In this document: positions 25,802 to 38,227 of the stretch, piece after piece
Position numbering within the stretch: position 1 is the stretch's first letter
How the letters are laid out: each line of letters begins with the position of its first letter
NCBI GenBank assembly: GCA_965649765.1
Contig: OZ287755.1
Span: 22,692,001 to 22,756,000 of the forward strand
DNA length: 64,000 bases
Source: Bispira polyomma
Lineage: Eukaryota
Reading direction: 5' to 3'
Program-made: the position numbers and the translations under genes
Notes under the pieces: model-generated
Seen by the model: the letters and a program-made list of their open reading frames with translations, nothing else
Told to the model about the DNA's origin: nothing
The model's database searches: none

Positions 25802-26719
25802 TCTGAGAGACAGTTACTCTAACACACGAAAACGAATGTAAAATAAACATGTAAAACAAATAAGATAAACCAAGACTCTCTGCCAAAACCTCCAGTGTAT
25901 ATATTTAATTCGAAGTTGTTTCTCTGCTGACGGTTGGTGTAAAGAAAGAGATTTCAAATTTCCTTGGTTTATATAGCGAAACGCAATCAAGTGTGACCAA
26001 AAGACTAGTTCCCCGAACTGAAACCACCAACACTATGGCGTTGCCTTCTATAGTGGTGGCTTTTTTCAGATATTAGTTACACTAAAGAATAGACCTCCTC
26101 ATCCATCATTTAACACTGGAGGTGTATCAGTTGGTCTATATTTGTATGTAAAATATATCAATACCAATCAGGCAACCCATCAAACAGGTTTAAATAAGGT
26201 AACATACAATTCCATAGTTTATTCACCTTCAGTGCTATCAAGTTTAAATGCAATAAAGGTATATGTACAGACCATGCATTGTGATATTTGGTACTACTTT
26301 TGTAGACATTACATTTTTGTAGACAACATAATATCATAATAAAAAAATTAAAAACAAAAAGCTTTTGTCCTTACATTTCAATTTTTTTGCAATTTGTTCA
26401 TAATAATAAGTGTTTTTCACAATAGAGAAATCGGAAGGACATCTCTTAAACACAATCCATCAGTTTTTGTTCTTGTTGTCTAAACAATAAACAAATGATT
26501 TTATATAAAAAAATCGTTTTTGACATAGTTAATTACACTATAAATTAAACATAACATATTTAGTGTTTCCTTTTTAAGTGTTCATGTAGTTTCCTTTTTA
26601 AGTGTTCATGTAGTACTGAGGGAATATACACAATTTTGTGTCTATACACACAGATCAGATTTATACAAGGCTACATATGAAGACATATAATAGACTACAA
26701 CGTTTCCAGTACAAATTTA

Positions 26720-29320
26720 ATGCTATTGACGCACAATTTTATAGCAACTTACATGTGATGTGCATGTTATCTGTGGTTAGTATTTTGAATGAAGTATTAA
26801 CTTGATTATCACAGACTTTCTGTTCTTCACTAATCCACATGGGGTAATGGTGATGAACCCTGTCTAACATATCGGTGACATGTCAGACTCTTCTGAAGAC
26901 ACTGCCAGTGTTCTAAATGACACTCGGGGGAGTTATTGGATGTAAGTTAGAACCTTGTGAACCAGAATACTACTACAGTGCAAGACATTAGACGTGCTGG
27001 AAAGCTTTTTGTTAAGTCTATGCCTCGTTCTACTCTGTTGGATGGATAGATAGACATTTACTTTCTATCTTATACTTAAGGTGTTATCTGTTGAATCTGT
27101 TTAGAGGTAAACACTGGTTATCATTAACATCTCAGATCGACATGTGCTATATCCTTTTGCATTAATTACAGCTGGTCTTACTATTTGTTGCTATAACATT
27201 ATGTTGTTCGTGCAATTTGCTAAGCTAAGCATAATTGATGGATTTTGTAGTAATAATACAAAACTAATTTCTAAAATACTTATGAATTCAACCTATGGCT
27301 CCATCACATCTATATGTAATGAATTTTGTCCTTTGATAGATCAAAATATGTCTTCTTATGAGAGTTATTTTGTCAAGTCATGATGAAAATATTTTTGTTA
27401 CTTTTATTACAGAATGTGTATTGAAATGAAAAGCATCAAATGAAAAATATTATATAGAATCTTTAGAAGCAATTTTTGTAGAAAGAGCTGTATTTTATAA
27501 ATAACAGCAATTCCAATGCGGTAATCATTAGGGTACAATGGCAAAATGTTTGGTTACAGTGGTGATATTTAATCATAAGGTTATATAAAAATGATATGTC
27601 AAAAAATTACATGTAAACCTCAGCTTTATCATTTTTATTTAAAGCAACCCCCATTCTAATTATTGTAATCAACATTAGATAAAAAAAATAAAGAGGAGTA
27701 GATTTGTCATTGCTGAGCTGTGACCATGGTTTTGAAAATTAAGTTTAGCTGAATGTATTCATGCATAACTACGGAAGCCTATACAGCTCACACATTGAAG
27801 AAAAAAAATTATCTTGTAATTACAAGATAGACCTATCTTGTAATTACAAGATGACCCTATCTTGTAATTACTAGATAGACCTATCTTGTAATTACAAGAT
27901 GACTCTATATAGTAATTACTAGATAGCCCTATCTTGTAATTACAAGATGACCCTATCTTGTAATTACTAGATAATTTTGTTTTTACTGCATGAGCTGTAT
28001 AGGCTTCCGTACATAACATAATATGCTTATATCTACAATACATTTCAAAGTGTGCTCTACCCTTACTACTTGAATGAGTATAGTCAGTTAAATATGCGCA
28101 TATATATGATGAAGTTCTTTTTAATAAATTGGCCTTTTGTCTTAAACTTTAGTCTTAAAACTTAAATATGTTCTTAAAAATAAAATGATTGAGTCTTAAA
28201 ATAGACTAGGCTTTTTTGCTTCTCTGCAAGTTTGCAGAGGCTCAGGTTGGTTGTCTATCATACATAACACTTAGAGCAACAATATAGCCAGTCTGGAGTT
28301 AGTCAGACTGTATGGGACAGGGACACTGGTTGATTGATTACATCAGATCCTGTTAGGGCTAATGCTGTGACATATTTTGTTTATATATGTCACAGACTAT
28401 CCACCTAACTGGCTGTTATCTTTTGTGCTGTATGTGATGTATGAGGATGGCTGCTTGTCTGGCTACTAACACTTTATTGGTGTGATCTGCTGTAAACAGA
28501 GACACTGCCTTGGATATTTTCAGAAATGTTTTCTGACCTTCTCTGAGTAAACATCATAACTTGATTTACAGAACTGTTCAAAGTATGTTGTATTTTTCAG
28601 TGATGCCATGTAATTGATCATAGAGTTAAAATGTGGTATTTATTGGGTACATATTTTTATGCTTGATATAAATACATTTGGATGACACCAGCAATACTGA
28701 AGGCACAACTTTGTGAAAAAGTCACATTCAATTTCAAACTGATTAAAATCTGTATACGTTTAATTACGCGTGATACACGCATAGAAGTAAGAGCTTTTTT
28801 CCTGGCTCAGATAAAACAACTTTCTTACCTCTGTGACTATTTTATGCTGAATTAAATATTAATTCAATAAATAATTACACTGATAAAACTCTATAACAAA
28901 AATTAGCTTGAGACAAGGAGGACCCATAGAAAGAGTTTTCTAAATCTACATGGACATGTAGTAAACAGTGAACACTTTCTGTAGGAATAGGTGATGCCTC
29001 CTCAGTCTTCCTAGTTACATGTTAGAGAAAGAAATCTCTGAGAAAAAAGATAATAGACCCACTCAAGCTATAAGAATGAACATCTTCTGTGTCACTGTTA
29101 GCTCCGGAAGATCTTGTCAACGTAGGATGACATCCTGATGATATCTGTCCAATTAGTTGTAGTAATGGAATCATATTTAGTGAAATAATCATTTATAGTT
29201 TGTTCAACTGATGCCTGTTGTGAAACGTGTATCATTGTTTGATTGTATGCATTGTAATATAAGTATTCATTTGTTCGTTTATTCATTAATCTAAGAAAGA
29301 TGAATATATGTAAACAAGCT
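26720..29320 (-). pseudogene. Decayed coding-like sequence, paralog unit 2
   Basis: Collinear with units 1 and 3. ORF remnant 29098-29286 (RTNEYLYYNAYNQTMIHV...FTKYD), plus VRWIVCDI, YVTALALTGSDVI, LHIDVMEP. Confidence 0.5.
27810..27973. repeat. 24-bp tandem repeat (about 7 copies) built on an 18-bp palindrome
   Basis: Unit contains ATCTTGTAATTACAAGAT, a perfect self-complement. Confidence 0.9.
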
Positions 29321-29950
29321 CAGACAATTTTAAGTCAGTTATGTACATACCAGGTTTAGATTTTGCAGAACTTTTTTGGATACTGAGAGTTAATTAGTTT
29401 AAAGTTTACATAGTACTTGTTACATACTAGTTGGTGATATTCTGTACTATGTTAGTCACGGCAAGAACATGGTAGCATCTCAGTTCACCTTACAAAGCAA
29501 ATCTATTGTTGTTTCTCCTGAACAAATTATATTCTAACCTCTCTTTCGTTTCCAACCAGGGGTTTAATTTTCTTATTTAAAAGACCCAACAAAGTTTATC
29601 TTATAATATATTCATATCTTTACATGAGATTAGTTAATTTTATAATTATTTAATCTTATATATCTACATTAGATACATTCCTTGAATACATTTAATTTAT
29701 TAGATAAGACACTTTTTGGTGTGTACTTACTGTAACATTTAATAACTTATCATAAAGAGGAAATCGGGTCAAAGGTGTAAAGATGATTGATATATGTGTT
29801 GTCCACCAGATTAATATTTATTACTCAAGTTAGCTTTCTCAATTGAAAGCTACTCAATGTCTGTGAAGATGGTTAATAGATGTGTTGCCTAACACAAAAA
29901 CACCCATTACTCAAACTACCTTACTCAACTGAAAGCTTTCAATGGCTATG

Positions 29951-30303
29951 GTACGGAAGCCCATTTAGGACATGGTGAAAAAAAATTGTTTTGTTGATTT
30001 GTAAACACAAAGTTATTTCGCCTGGGAAATTTGTAAATCGCCTAGGCAATTTAGCTATTTATATTCTGCTAAATCGCCTGGGCAATTTGTAAACCACCCG
30101 GGCAATTTAGCAATTTATAAACTGCTAAATCGCTCTGGCAAATTAACAATTTAAACATTGTCAAATTTCCCGGGAGTTTATATATTGCCCAGGCAGTTTA
30201 TAAATTGCTCAGGTGGTTTATAAATTGCCCGGGCAAAAAAACTTTCCACTTACAAATAAACAAAACATTTTTATTCTAACATGTCTTAAATAAGCTACCG
30301 TAC
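29951..30303. mobile_element. MITE with about 55-bp imperfect TIRs and internal TTGCCCGGGCAA-type palindromic repeats
   Basis: TACGGAAGCCCATTTAGGACATG... versus reverse complement of the right end TACGGTAGCTTATTTAAGACATG. TA at both ends. Confidence 0.8.
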
Positions 30304-30410
30304 TACAGGGAGAGTATTGTGTAACTAAAGTTATGTCCCTCCATCCATTACAGGCATAGTTTGTGTGAGTTATTTTTCCAGTTGAGATCAATCTCTTCTG
30401 GACACCTTTA

Positions 30411-31584
30411 TAGTAAACGCATCTCTGTTAAATATTTACCACTCACTAAAATCGGTGGTAATAACTCAGTTTACTACTCATGTGTAAGTACACAAGTCCT
30501 TAAAGATAAAGCTGAGTGATTAGCTAAACTGTGCAGAGTAACACTTTCACCTCTCACCACCCCCACCAAAGCCGGTCTACACGCTGTACAATTCTGGTAT
30601 TCAGAGTTTTGTGTAATGTAATTGCCTAACTGTTGACCAGTACTCAAAACAAACTGTCTGGCCAGAGAAAAAACACTGCTAAACACTTTAGTAAGATGTG
30701 CTAGTTTAAGATTAGCTGCCCATGAAATGTAAATAGGATTTTTTAGTTGCACCTTCCAAAAATAATTGATTCAAATGTTGGATACAGTAAATGTCTAATT
30801 TTATATTTTTATTTCTTTTTCAATAAATTAAGTAATTAATTCAAAAGCCAACACTTTACGTGAATTCCTTTTTGATTGAAGCTTTAAGTAAAAAAGTAAT
30901 TAAATCAGTGTTTATCGTTTGGCATAGTCTGTTTACCAGAGCCTTATTACATATCCCCTTTGGACTACTGCAGTATGTTGTGACAGTAAAAATTTTGTAT
31001 TATGAGAAAATATTTTTAAAATTTGAACTTAAATCTAAACTCTTAAGATAAAATTATTAGTAATTAGAAATGCCATGGAATTACTTATTTTTCTTTAATT
31101 ATCAGGTAATTTATTTCATTATTTCAGATGATGCTCTTTAAAAGGTTATGGATTTAGTTTAAAAACATAATTTTGAAACAAATTAGTCAACCTTTGACAT
31201 GACATATATCGCGATGACAACTGCATGCACCTTTCCTGTCCTTTCTTTCTTGGAGCCTCTGGGAAAGGAATTTTCTTTAACAAACTTCTGACATCTCAAT
31301 TTGTGTTCAATATCACTTCAAATTAAACCTCATAGCTTCCATTTTAGAACAGAACTAAATGATTCTAGAAGTGACTTACCGCCATAGCCAATTACACAAA
31401 ACTCTGAATACCAGAATTGTACAGCGTGAAGACCGGCTTTGGTGGGGGTGGTGAGAGGTGAAAGTGTGACCCTGCATAATCACTCAGCTTCCTCTAACGT
31501 AACTTGTGTACTTACACACTAGTGGTAAACTGAGTTATTGCCACCAGCTTCAGTGGTAAATAGTTAACAGAGATGAGTTTACTA
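30411..31584. repeat. Long inverted repeat pair (arms about 30411-30627 and 31386-31584)
   Basis: Arms are reverse complements with a near-identical core CTTTCACCTCTCACCACCCCCACCAAAGCCGGTCT..CACGCTGTACAATTCTGGTATTCAGAGTTTTGTGTAAT. Confidence 0.85.
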
Positions 31585-32159
31585 CATGTATTATTATATA
31601 ATCAAATCATAGTGTTCCTTATCATCTTTTGATCAATGATTTGTATGTTTGTTATAAATTGTATTCTAGATGTCATCAATCAGATCAAATGAAAGGAAGA
31701 AAAATTGTATGAATCTATATATGGCCTACAGTCTCCTCCATTGCTTCACCTATTAAGTGGTCTCATCAAAGGTAGTTCACCAAAATTTTCCACACTGAAA
31801 ACCACTGACCTTCATGAGGTCAAGTGCCAACTTTCCTACACAGGCCCGTGTCAGAGATTTGAAACCAGGACGGTAGAGGTGTGTAAACACAACACCACTT
31901 CCACATAAAGATAATAACACAAACAAACTCTTTGTATTATGATGTGTAAGTTTAGTCTGTGTTATTAACAACCCAATTGCTTCCAGAGAACCTTATGACT
32001 TTGAGTTATGTACTGATTGACAGACTGCAACATTCCACTATAACAGTCTGCCTACACGGTGTACACTGTGTAGAGATGGGGTGTCATTGTTAGTGTATTT
32101 TTTGTGCAATTTGATTGGTTACCTGACAAGCAATAATTCCAAACATAACTGTGTGTGGC

Positions 32160-32700
32160 TGCTAAACAGCAATACCAAACCAGACACGAACACCACCCAA
32201 TTTGGAGTTATTAGACCAGAAAAGAATGAATGTGAAAGCTTTGTGGTGGTCGTATGCTCTCAAACAAAGATACAAGCAAAGTTTAAGACATTGAAATCAG
32301 TACTTAAAGCTCTACTGAAAGAAATAGTCAAAAGTATGGGATATTTTCAAATCCAAGGACTTTTACTGAGCATTCAACTTAAGTGGAGATTTGAATACTC
32401 CCTAAATAAATTAATAAAGTAAAATTTAAAAAGTCAATTGTTATTAATCTTTATCATACATTTTTAAAGTACAGCCAGTAAGCTTTAACAAGTATTATCA
32501 ACTTATTTTCCACACCTGACTGTCGTGATTTTTATGCACCAAGCATAAATGATGCCTAGTCTTGTATCTCCTTTAAGTACAGTCAGCAGATGTAACAGAT
32601 CTTCTCCCAGCAGATCGCCAACTTTTTTCCCGAAATTTATTTTTAACAAAGCTTGAATTTAGACTTTAGGTATTAAATAAAGGTCAAGTAAAAGATCATT
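32160..32700 (+). repeat. Local segmental duplicate of about 37290-38080
   Basis: Shared blocks such as TGTGGTGGTCGTATGCT, CAAGGACTTTTACT and AAAAGTCAATTGTTATTAATCTTTATCATACATTTT. Confidence 0.85.
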
Positions 32701-33254
32701 TTAAAATATTGAGATGCACAATTTTATAGCAACTTTAATCTGATGTGCTTGTTATATGACGTAGTAGTTGGAATCAAGTATTAACTTGATTGTCACAGAC
32801 GTCTTTCATTTCTTCATTAATATAGACAGAGTAATAATGATAGACCCTTTCTGGCACATTGGTGACATGATGGACCATTCTAAAGACGTGATAGTGTTTT
32901 AAATGACTCTCGGGGGAGTTATTGGGTGTGAGTTAATAGCTGTGTGAACTCGAATACGGCTACTATATTGCAAGATGTTAGCCATGCTGACAAGCTTTCA
33001 CTTAATTCCATTCCTTGTTATACTTCCAGGGATTGATACAAATTTACTTTCAGAGGTTACCTGATGAATCTGTTGTTTAGAGTTAAAATAATATTTATCA
33101 TTGACATAACAGATCCATACCTGCGACATTTCCATGCCGCAATTACAGCTGTATTTACACTAGTGGGACTGACCTGCACATATTTCAGTGCATCTAAAAC
33201 AGTTTGACTCAGATAGTAATGAGGAAGTAGAAGTTTACTTACATTTCTCCTGTT

Positions 33255-33742
33255 TTAAAAACCCTCCAGTAGTTGCCTATTGAGTATAGAGAATATTCAA
33301 AACTGCTACCTTAGTCAACAATTATCTAAATTCAGGTCTCCCTCGATATTTCAGTCCTCACTTGTCTCCCTAAACATGCCAACAAATACAAGGCGTATTA
33401 GGCCTTAGCATGCTTTCTTAAGTGTTTCTACCTTTGTACGATCAGTTCACAGGTCAAAAAGACATTTTAACAATAGTTTCTCATATAATGCTCCTAAGCT
33501 GTGATATAATCTGCCCCATGATATTCTTACTGCTTCCTCACTTGCCTGTTTATGAAAAGCTCAAAACCTACCTATTTAGCAAGTCTTTTCCACCATAGCC
33601 TTGTTACCTTTTCCGGCTTCTCCATAATTCGACCCTGGTACGTCTAATGGCTAAATGGAATTGACAAAATTATTTTCTGTCTGATGCGCTATAGAATCTG
33701 CTAGCACAGAGATAAGCGCGATAAAATTTAGATAAGATTAGT
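33255..33742 (+). mobile_element. L2-type LINE 3' end
   Basis: Translates to FSYNAPKL*YNLPHDI...KLKTYLFSKSFPP*, followed by a GCGCTATAGA...AAGCGCGATAAAA tail and (AGATT)-like terminal repeats. Confidence 0.8.
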
Positions 33743-33775
33743 AATTATTTGTTGCTATGACATTATTTTGTTTAT

Positions 33776-34116
33776 GATCCCTCATAGTCTAGTAGTTAAG
33801 GTGTTGGTCTAATTATCAGAAGGTCTCCAGTTCTATCCACTGTCCCGGCTGCTAGTTTCATTTGGTGAAATAACATCCTGAGGCAAGATGTGAACACAAG
33901 TTTGCCTAGTGGCCTAGTGGATGACCTCTTAAAATGGCGGTCCTTTGTCACTGAGTAATATCTCCAGTGGCAGATTAAAAATCCTTGGGGACGTTGATAA
34001 ATGGTCATCGTCAAGCACCTCGGCGCGCAGTGGCAGCCAATGAGGAAGCGCTTTAGAATAATATATATAAAGCCCTATAAAAATGATGTATAATAATAAT
34101 AATAACAATAATAATA
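33776..34116 (+). mobile_element. Old tRNA-derived SINE with Deu/Nin-like central domain and L2-like tail
   Basis: Degenerate A box TAGTCTAGTAG, central GGATGACCTCTTAAAATGGCGGTCC...TTAAAAATCC, tail AAGCGCTTTAGA...CTATAAAAAT and (TAA)n. Confidence 0.6.
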
Positions 34117-35804
34117 ATGCAGTTTGCCAATCTGATTTGTGCTAAAAGAACATTTATCAAGGTCATTAAACTCATAATTAATAGATTTTGTGTTGATTAT
34201 TCTAAAAGAATTGCTAAAATGCATACAAAGTCAAGCTATGGGTCTATCACATCCATATGTAATGACTACAAGGAAATGGCTTGTCCTTTGATATGTATGT
34301 ACATATGTTTCTTTTTATAACAGGTAACTGGCATTAAATTGTGACACTGTTTGTTAATTTTATTACAGAAGGTGCATGGGATCAAAGGGATCTATTATTA
34401 TCTCTTGAGTATTTTTGAAAGGAATATATAATCAAAAGAGCTGTATTTAAAATTACACAAATTCCAATGCATACGTAAATGTGTAATCACAGGGTTATAT
34501 AACTTACCTTTACATAAACACTTACCATATTAATTTTTATTCAAAGCAACCCAACTGCCAACTCCAATTATGGTAAGCAACATTAGATGAAAACATCAAG
34601 ATGAGTATATTTTGACATTGCATGACTTTGGCTATGGCGTTAGAAATTAAGTTAGATATTAGTTTTAATGTACTTTTAAATAACATAATATGCCCCTACT
34701 TACCATATATTTTTCCTAGTGTGCTCTAACTTTACTGTTGAAGGGTAGATTTGTGACAAGCCAATATTTCCAAGTACCATATATATTATCTTCTTTCAAA
34801 TGCAATAACATTTTATCTTAAACTTGAGTCTTAAAATGGGCTGGACATTGTGTTTGGTTCTGTGAATGTCTGCACAGCCCATGTTGGCTATCTGTCAGAC
34901 ATAACATTTAGAGGGACAAATATAGCCAGTCCAGAGTTAGTCAGATATGGGACAGGGACACTGGTTTATTTGATTACATCAGATCCCATTAGTGCTAATA
35001 CTGTGACAAAGTGTGTTTGCCTATGTCACAGACTATCCATCTAACTATCTTTTATCTTTTGTACTGTATATTATATAGGATATCATAGCTGCTGTCTGGC
35101 CTCTAACACTTTATTGGTATGATCTGATAGAGTAACAAAAGTGTACACTGATTTGGGTATTGTCAGAAATAAATCCTCTCTGAATTCACATCAAAACTTG
35201 ATTTTTAGTTTAAAAAATATAGTGAATTAGATTTCTCATTAATGGCATAGTTTAATTAATTATAAAGTTCAAATGTTTTGTTTATACTTGGTACATATTT
35301 GTTCGCTGGATATAACGCATCAGGTAAGATTGTTGTAGTCACTGCTCGCAAAGCATGGCTAGTCAGTTGTGAAGTTGTAATACTTCACTGTATTATTTAC
35401 CTACTTAAAATTGTTATCCCAGCTACACCAATCATAGTACAGAACACCCTCACACCACTACCAATCAGATCCCTTGATGTTCTTAATGTTAAGTCTTTTC
35501 CCGCTTTTCTTCTAAATGGTCATTATTAAGTTGCAAATTATTGAAGCAACATCTTGACCGCCATGTTTTTACCAACTTAAACGGCTGAATAGAACAGGCT
35601 TATGTGACATTGTTAAGAACTAACATTTACTATACGTAAAACATATACAGTAAAACCGATATTACCAGAACACATCGGGAGAGTTTGATTTAGTTTGAAT
35701 GTTTGTACATATAGAAGTAGCAAAATAGAAAATCTCCACTTTTGGCGAGTAAAAAGGATTTGTCAAATAGTCATACATTCCCATAATAGAGGTTGTACTT
35801 AATA

Positions 35805-37247
35805 CCCTGGTCCTACCGGCACTCACGTTAGGAGTCGTTTGAAAATTAATTTGCGTAGGGCTTGCGTGGTATTTGCGGGAGCTGACGTAATATACATAAA
35901 CATACATAACCTGGCGTGAGGGTTGAGATGCAAGAAATTTATAATTTTAAACCGTTTGCAATTTGGACACGCAAGAGATGAAAAAGTATGACATACTAAA
36001 ACGTGGATATGCATCACAGTGTGTAAATATGCGTCATTATGACGTCATTTTACATGTATTGACGTACTCATACAAGTACTTGGACGTGAACTTATGCATC
36101 CCCTGCGAGACTTTACAGCTTTTGACGTAATAATACATGAATTTCAACGTCTGTTGCATCAAATATTTTACAAGGCCATGCGTGACTTACATATTCTAAT
36201 GTAAGTCTGGTGGGACCGGCCCATATAGCATCCTAGTTTTTATGTTTAAATATTTTTGACAAAACAAGAGAATTGGTGGAAAATCTCACTTTCATCTTCC
36301 AGACATTAGTTACACTTAGCCTGCGCTTCCTTTCATCATATTTTTCTCGGCCGACGTCAATTTTCTAAGTCCTTATTTAATATAACCAAGTGCCTCCTTT
36401 CATCATATTTGCAGCAGATCAGAAAAAATCGGGAGGTCTTTATTAATATTTAGTAGCATGTTTTTCTCGGCCGACGTCAGTCGATCGATTTTTTTTTTAG
36501 TCATTACACAATACTACCAAGTGCTTTCTTTCAGATCAGATCATACATCAGAAGACATCTGTTGGGCCAACATATTATATCTGTCAGGAAGGGAAAAAAA
36601 TCAGATTGTCCGTCTGACTTGACAACAAAACTACACATACACTATCATAGGTATAGGTTTCACCCGATATATACTCAAATTTCGTCGGATGTTGAATGTG
36701 AAAAATGCATGAGAAAGCTTATTTTATTGTACCCTTATTTAAATGTATATATCTCAGCCGTTCTCAACGAATTTTGGTGGAAAAATCGCACAGTAATCAC
36801 AATAAAATAAGCTTTCTTATGCCACTTTCAACATCAACGTCCGACGAAGTTTAAGTATATATCGAATGAAAAGAAGCACAACATCAGCCAACGTTGGATC
36901 GGATTGGACATACACAAATCGCCCGGCATCAAAATGTGCTAAAAGGAGGCATAGGCTTAAAGAACTTCTCATCCAAAAATTAATAATGAAGTCTCGGATG
37001 ACCTGTGTTCTTTAAATCAAAACAATTATGAACACTGATATAATAATTCAGATTTCCTGATTTTAATAAGCATGCAGGGTATACTTGCACATTTTATTTA
37101 AACGATGCTATCAAGTGTGAAGTATGTTTAAAAATTCATCGGTAACAAATATCACGATACATGGCATGTACCTCTTTGTACATGTATTTGCGAGAGCCCT
37201 GCGTGGTTAACATAGACTAACGTCAATCCGGTGGGACTAAGGCTTTA
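35805..37247. mobile_element. Cluster of non-autonomous DNA transposon remnants (nested MITEs)
   Basis: CCCTGGTCCTACCGG..ACGTTAG (35806) is inverted relative to CTAACGT..CCGGTGGGACTAAGGC (about 37217-37243) and CTGGTGGGACCGG (about 36207). A second imperfect TIR pair lies at about 36317 and 36960. CpG-rich. Confidence 0.5.
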
Positions 37248-37289
37248 CACTACTATTTTGTAGTTGATAGACCAGAATAGACTGATTAT

Positions 37290-38080
37290 GAAAGCTAATC
37301 AACAACACCAAACCAGACACTTACATCACTAATTTGTAGTTAATAGACCAGAATAGACTGAGATGTAAAAGCTCTGTGGTGGTCGTATGCTTTCAAACTA
37401 TCAAGTCTAATTAACATTAAAGCAATGTTTTAGATATTGAATTTAGTACTTAAAGCTCAACTAAAAAGAATTGTCAAAAGTATGATATATTTTCAAATAC
37501 AAGGACTTTTACTAAGCATTCAGCTTCAGTTAACATTTGAATACTCCCTGAATAAATGAATAAAGTAAAATTTTAAAAAGTCAATTGTTATTAATCTTTA
37601 TCATACATTTTCAAAACTGTATGATAAAGGTTTTTGCACTAAGCATGGAATCTCTTTTTGTTAGTTTTGTTAGTTGCAATGAAACTTTTGTTGACTGCAC
37701 AAGTACAGTCAGTAACTTTTGACAAGTCAAGTATTATCAATATATTTTCACCACCTGGCTGTTAGTGTGGTTTTTGTATCTTTTCTAGATTGCATAAGCA
37801 CAGCCAGTGAGCTATAACAGGCTAATTTTTATCAATTTATGTCAACACCTGGCTGTCATTGTGATTGTCATGATTCATATTGTACTAACAATAAATAATG
37901 CTTAGTCTTGAATCAAAATAGTTTAAGTCAGTCAGCAGCTGTAACTAATCTTCTCCCAGCACATCTGCACATAATTAAGAATAATAGTTATGGAATCTCA
38001 GTACACAACATTTTTCCCAAAATGTATTTTGCACAGAGCTTAAATTTAGACACTATGTATATGATGAAGGCTAAGTAAAG
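37290..38080 (+). repeat. Local segmental duplicate of about 32160-32700
   Basis: See partner. This copy has extra internal duplications. Confidence 0.85.
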
Positions 38081-38227
38081 TGATTTGTGATTACTGAACT
38101 ACCAAAGAAAAGAGTGGCATTGTTGTATAATCTTTTAGGAGTTATGTATTAACTAATTGCAATGATTTATGAAAAATCTATATATATATATATATATTGT
38201 ATCTGTAAAGGGATTTAACATGAAGCC

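Larger units (their letters stand above)
20151..26068 (-). mobile_element. Full-length tyrosine-recombinase retrotransposon (DIRS order, Ngaro-like: gag, RT-RNaseH, YR; no methyltransferase), inactivated
   Basis: Domain order and motifs as in the three entries below. Ends defined by comparison with the empty paralogous site at about 18790-18840 (ATTAACTGATA|TAGTAGTTACAC). GATA at both junctions (20147-20150, 26069-26072). Confidence 0.93.
32705..35310 (-). pseudogene. Decayed coding-like sequence, paralog unit 3 (interrupted by L2 and SINE)
   Basis: Collinear with 26720-28690. Remnants YPANKYVPSINKTFELYN, VRWIVCDI, FVTVLALMGSDVI, LHMDVIDP, ERVYHYYSVYINEEMKDVCD. Confidence 0.5.

Noticed and set aside
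22328-25841. Plus-strand ORFs overlapping the YR element (22328, 23407, 23490, 24087, 25569; also 60925, 62025)
   Set aside because: Antisense shadows of real coding frames with no recognisable motifs.
28330-28680. Assignment of the decayed paralogs to Polinton PolB or a FEN1/XPG-like nuclease
   Set aside because: Only vague motif echoes (ELYDQL..YGI, LALTGSD), not enough without a profile search.
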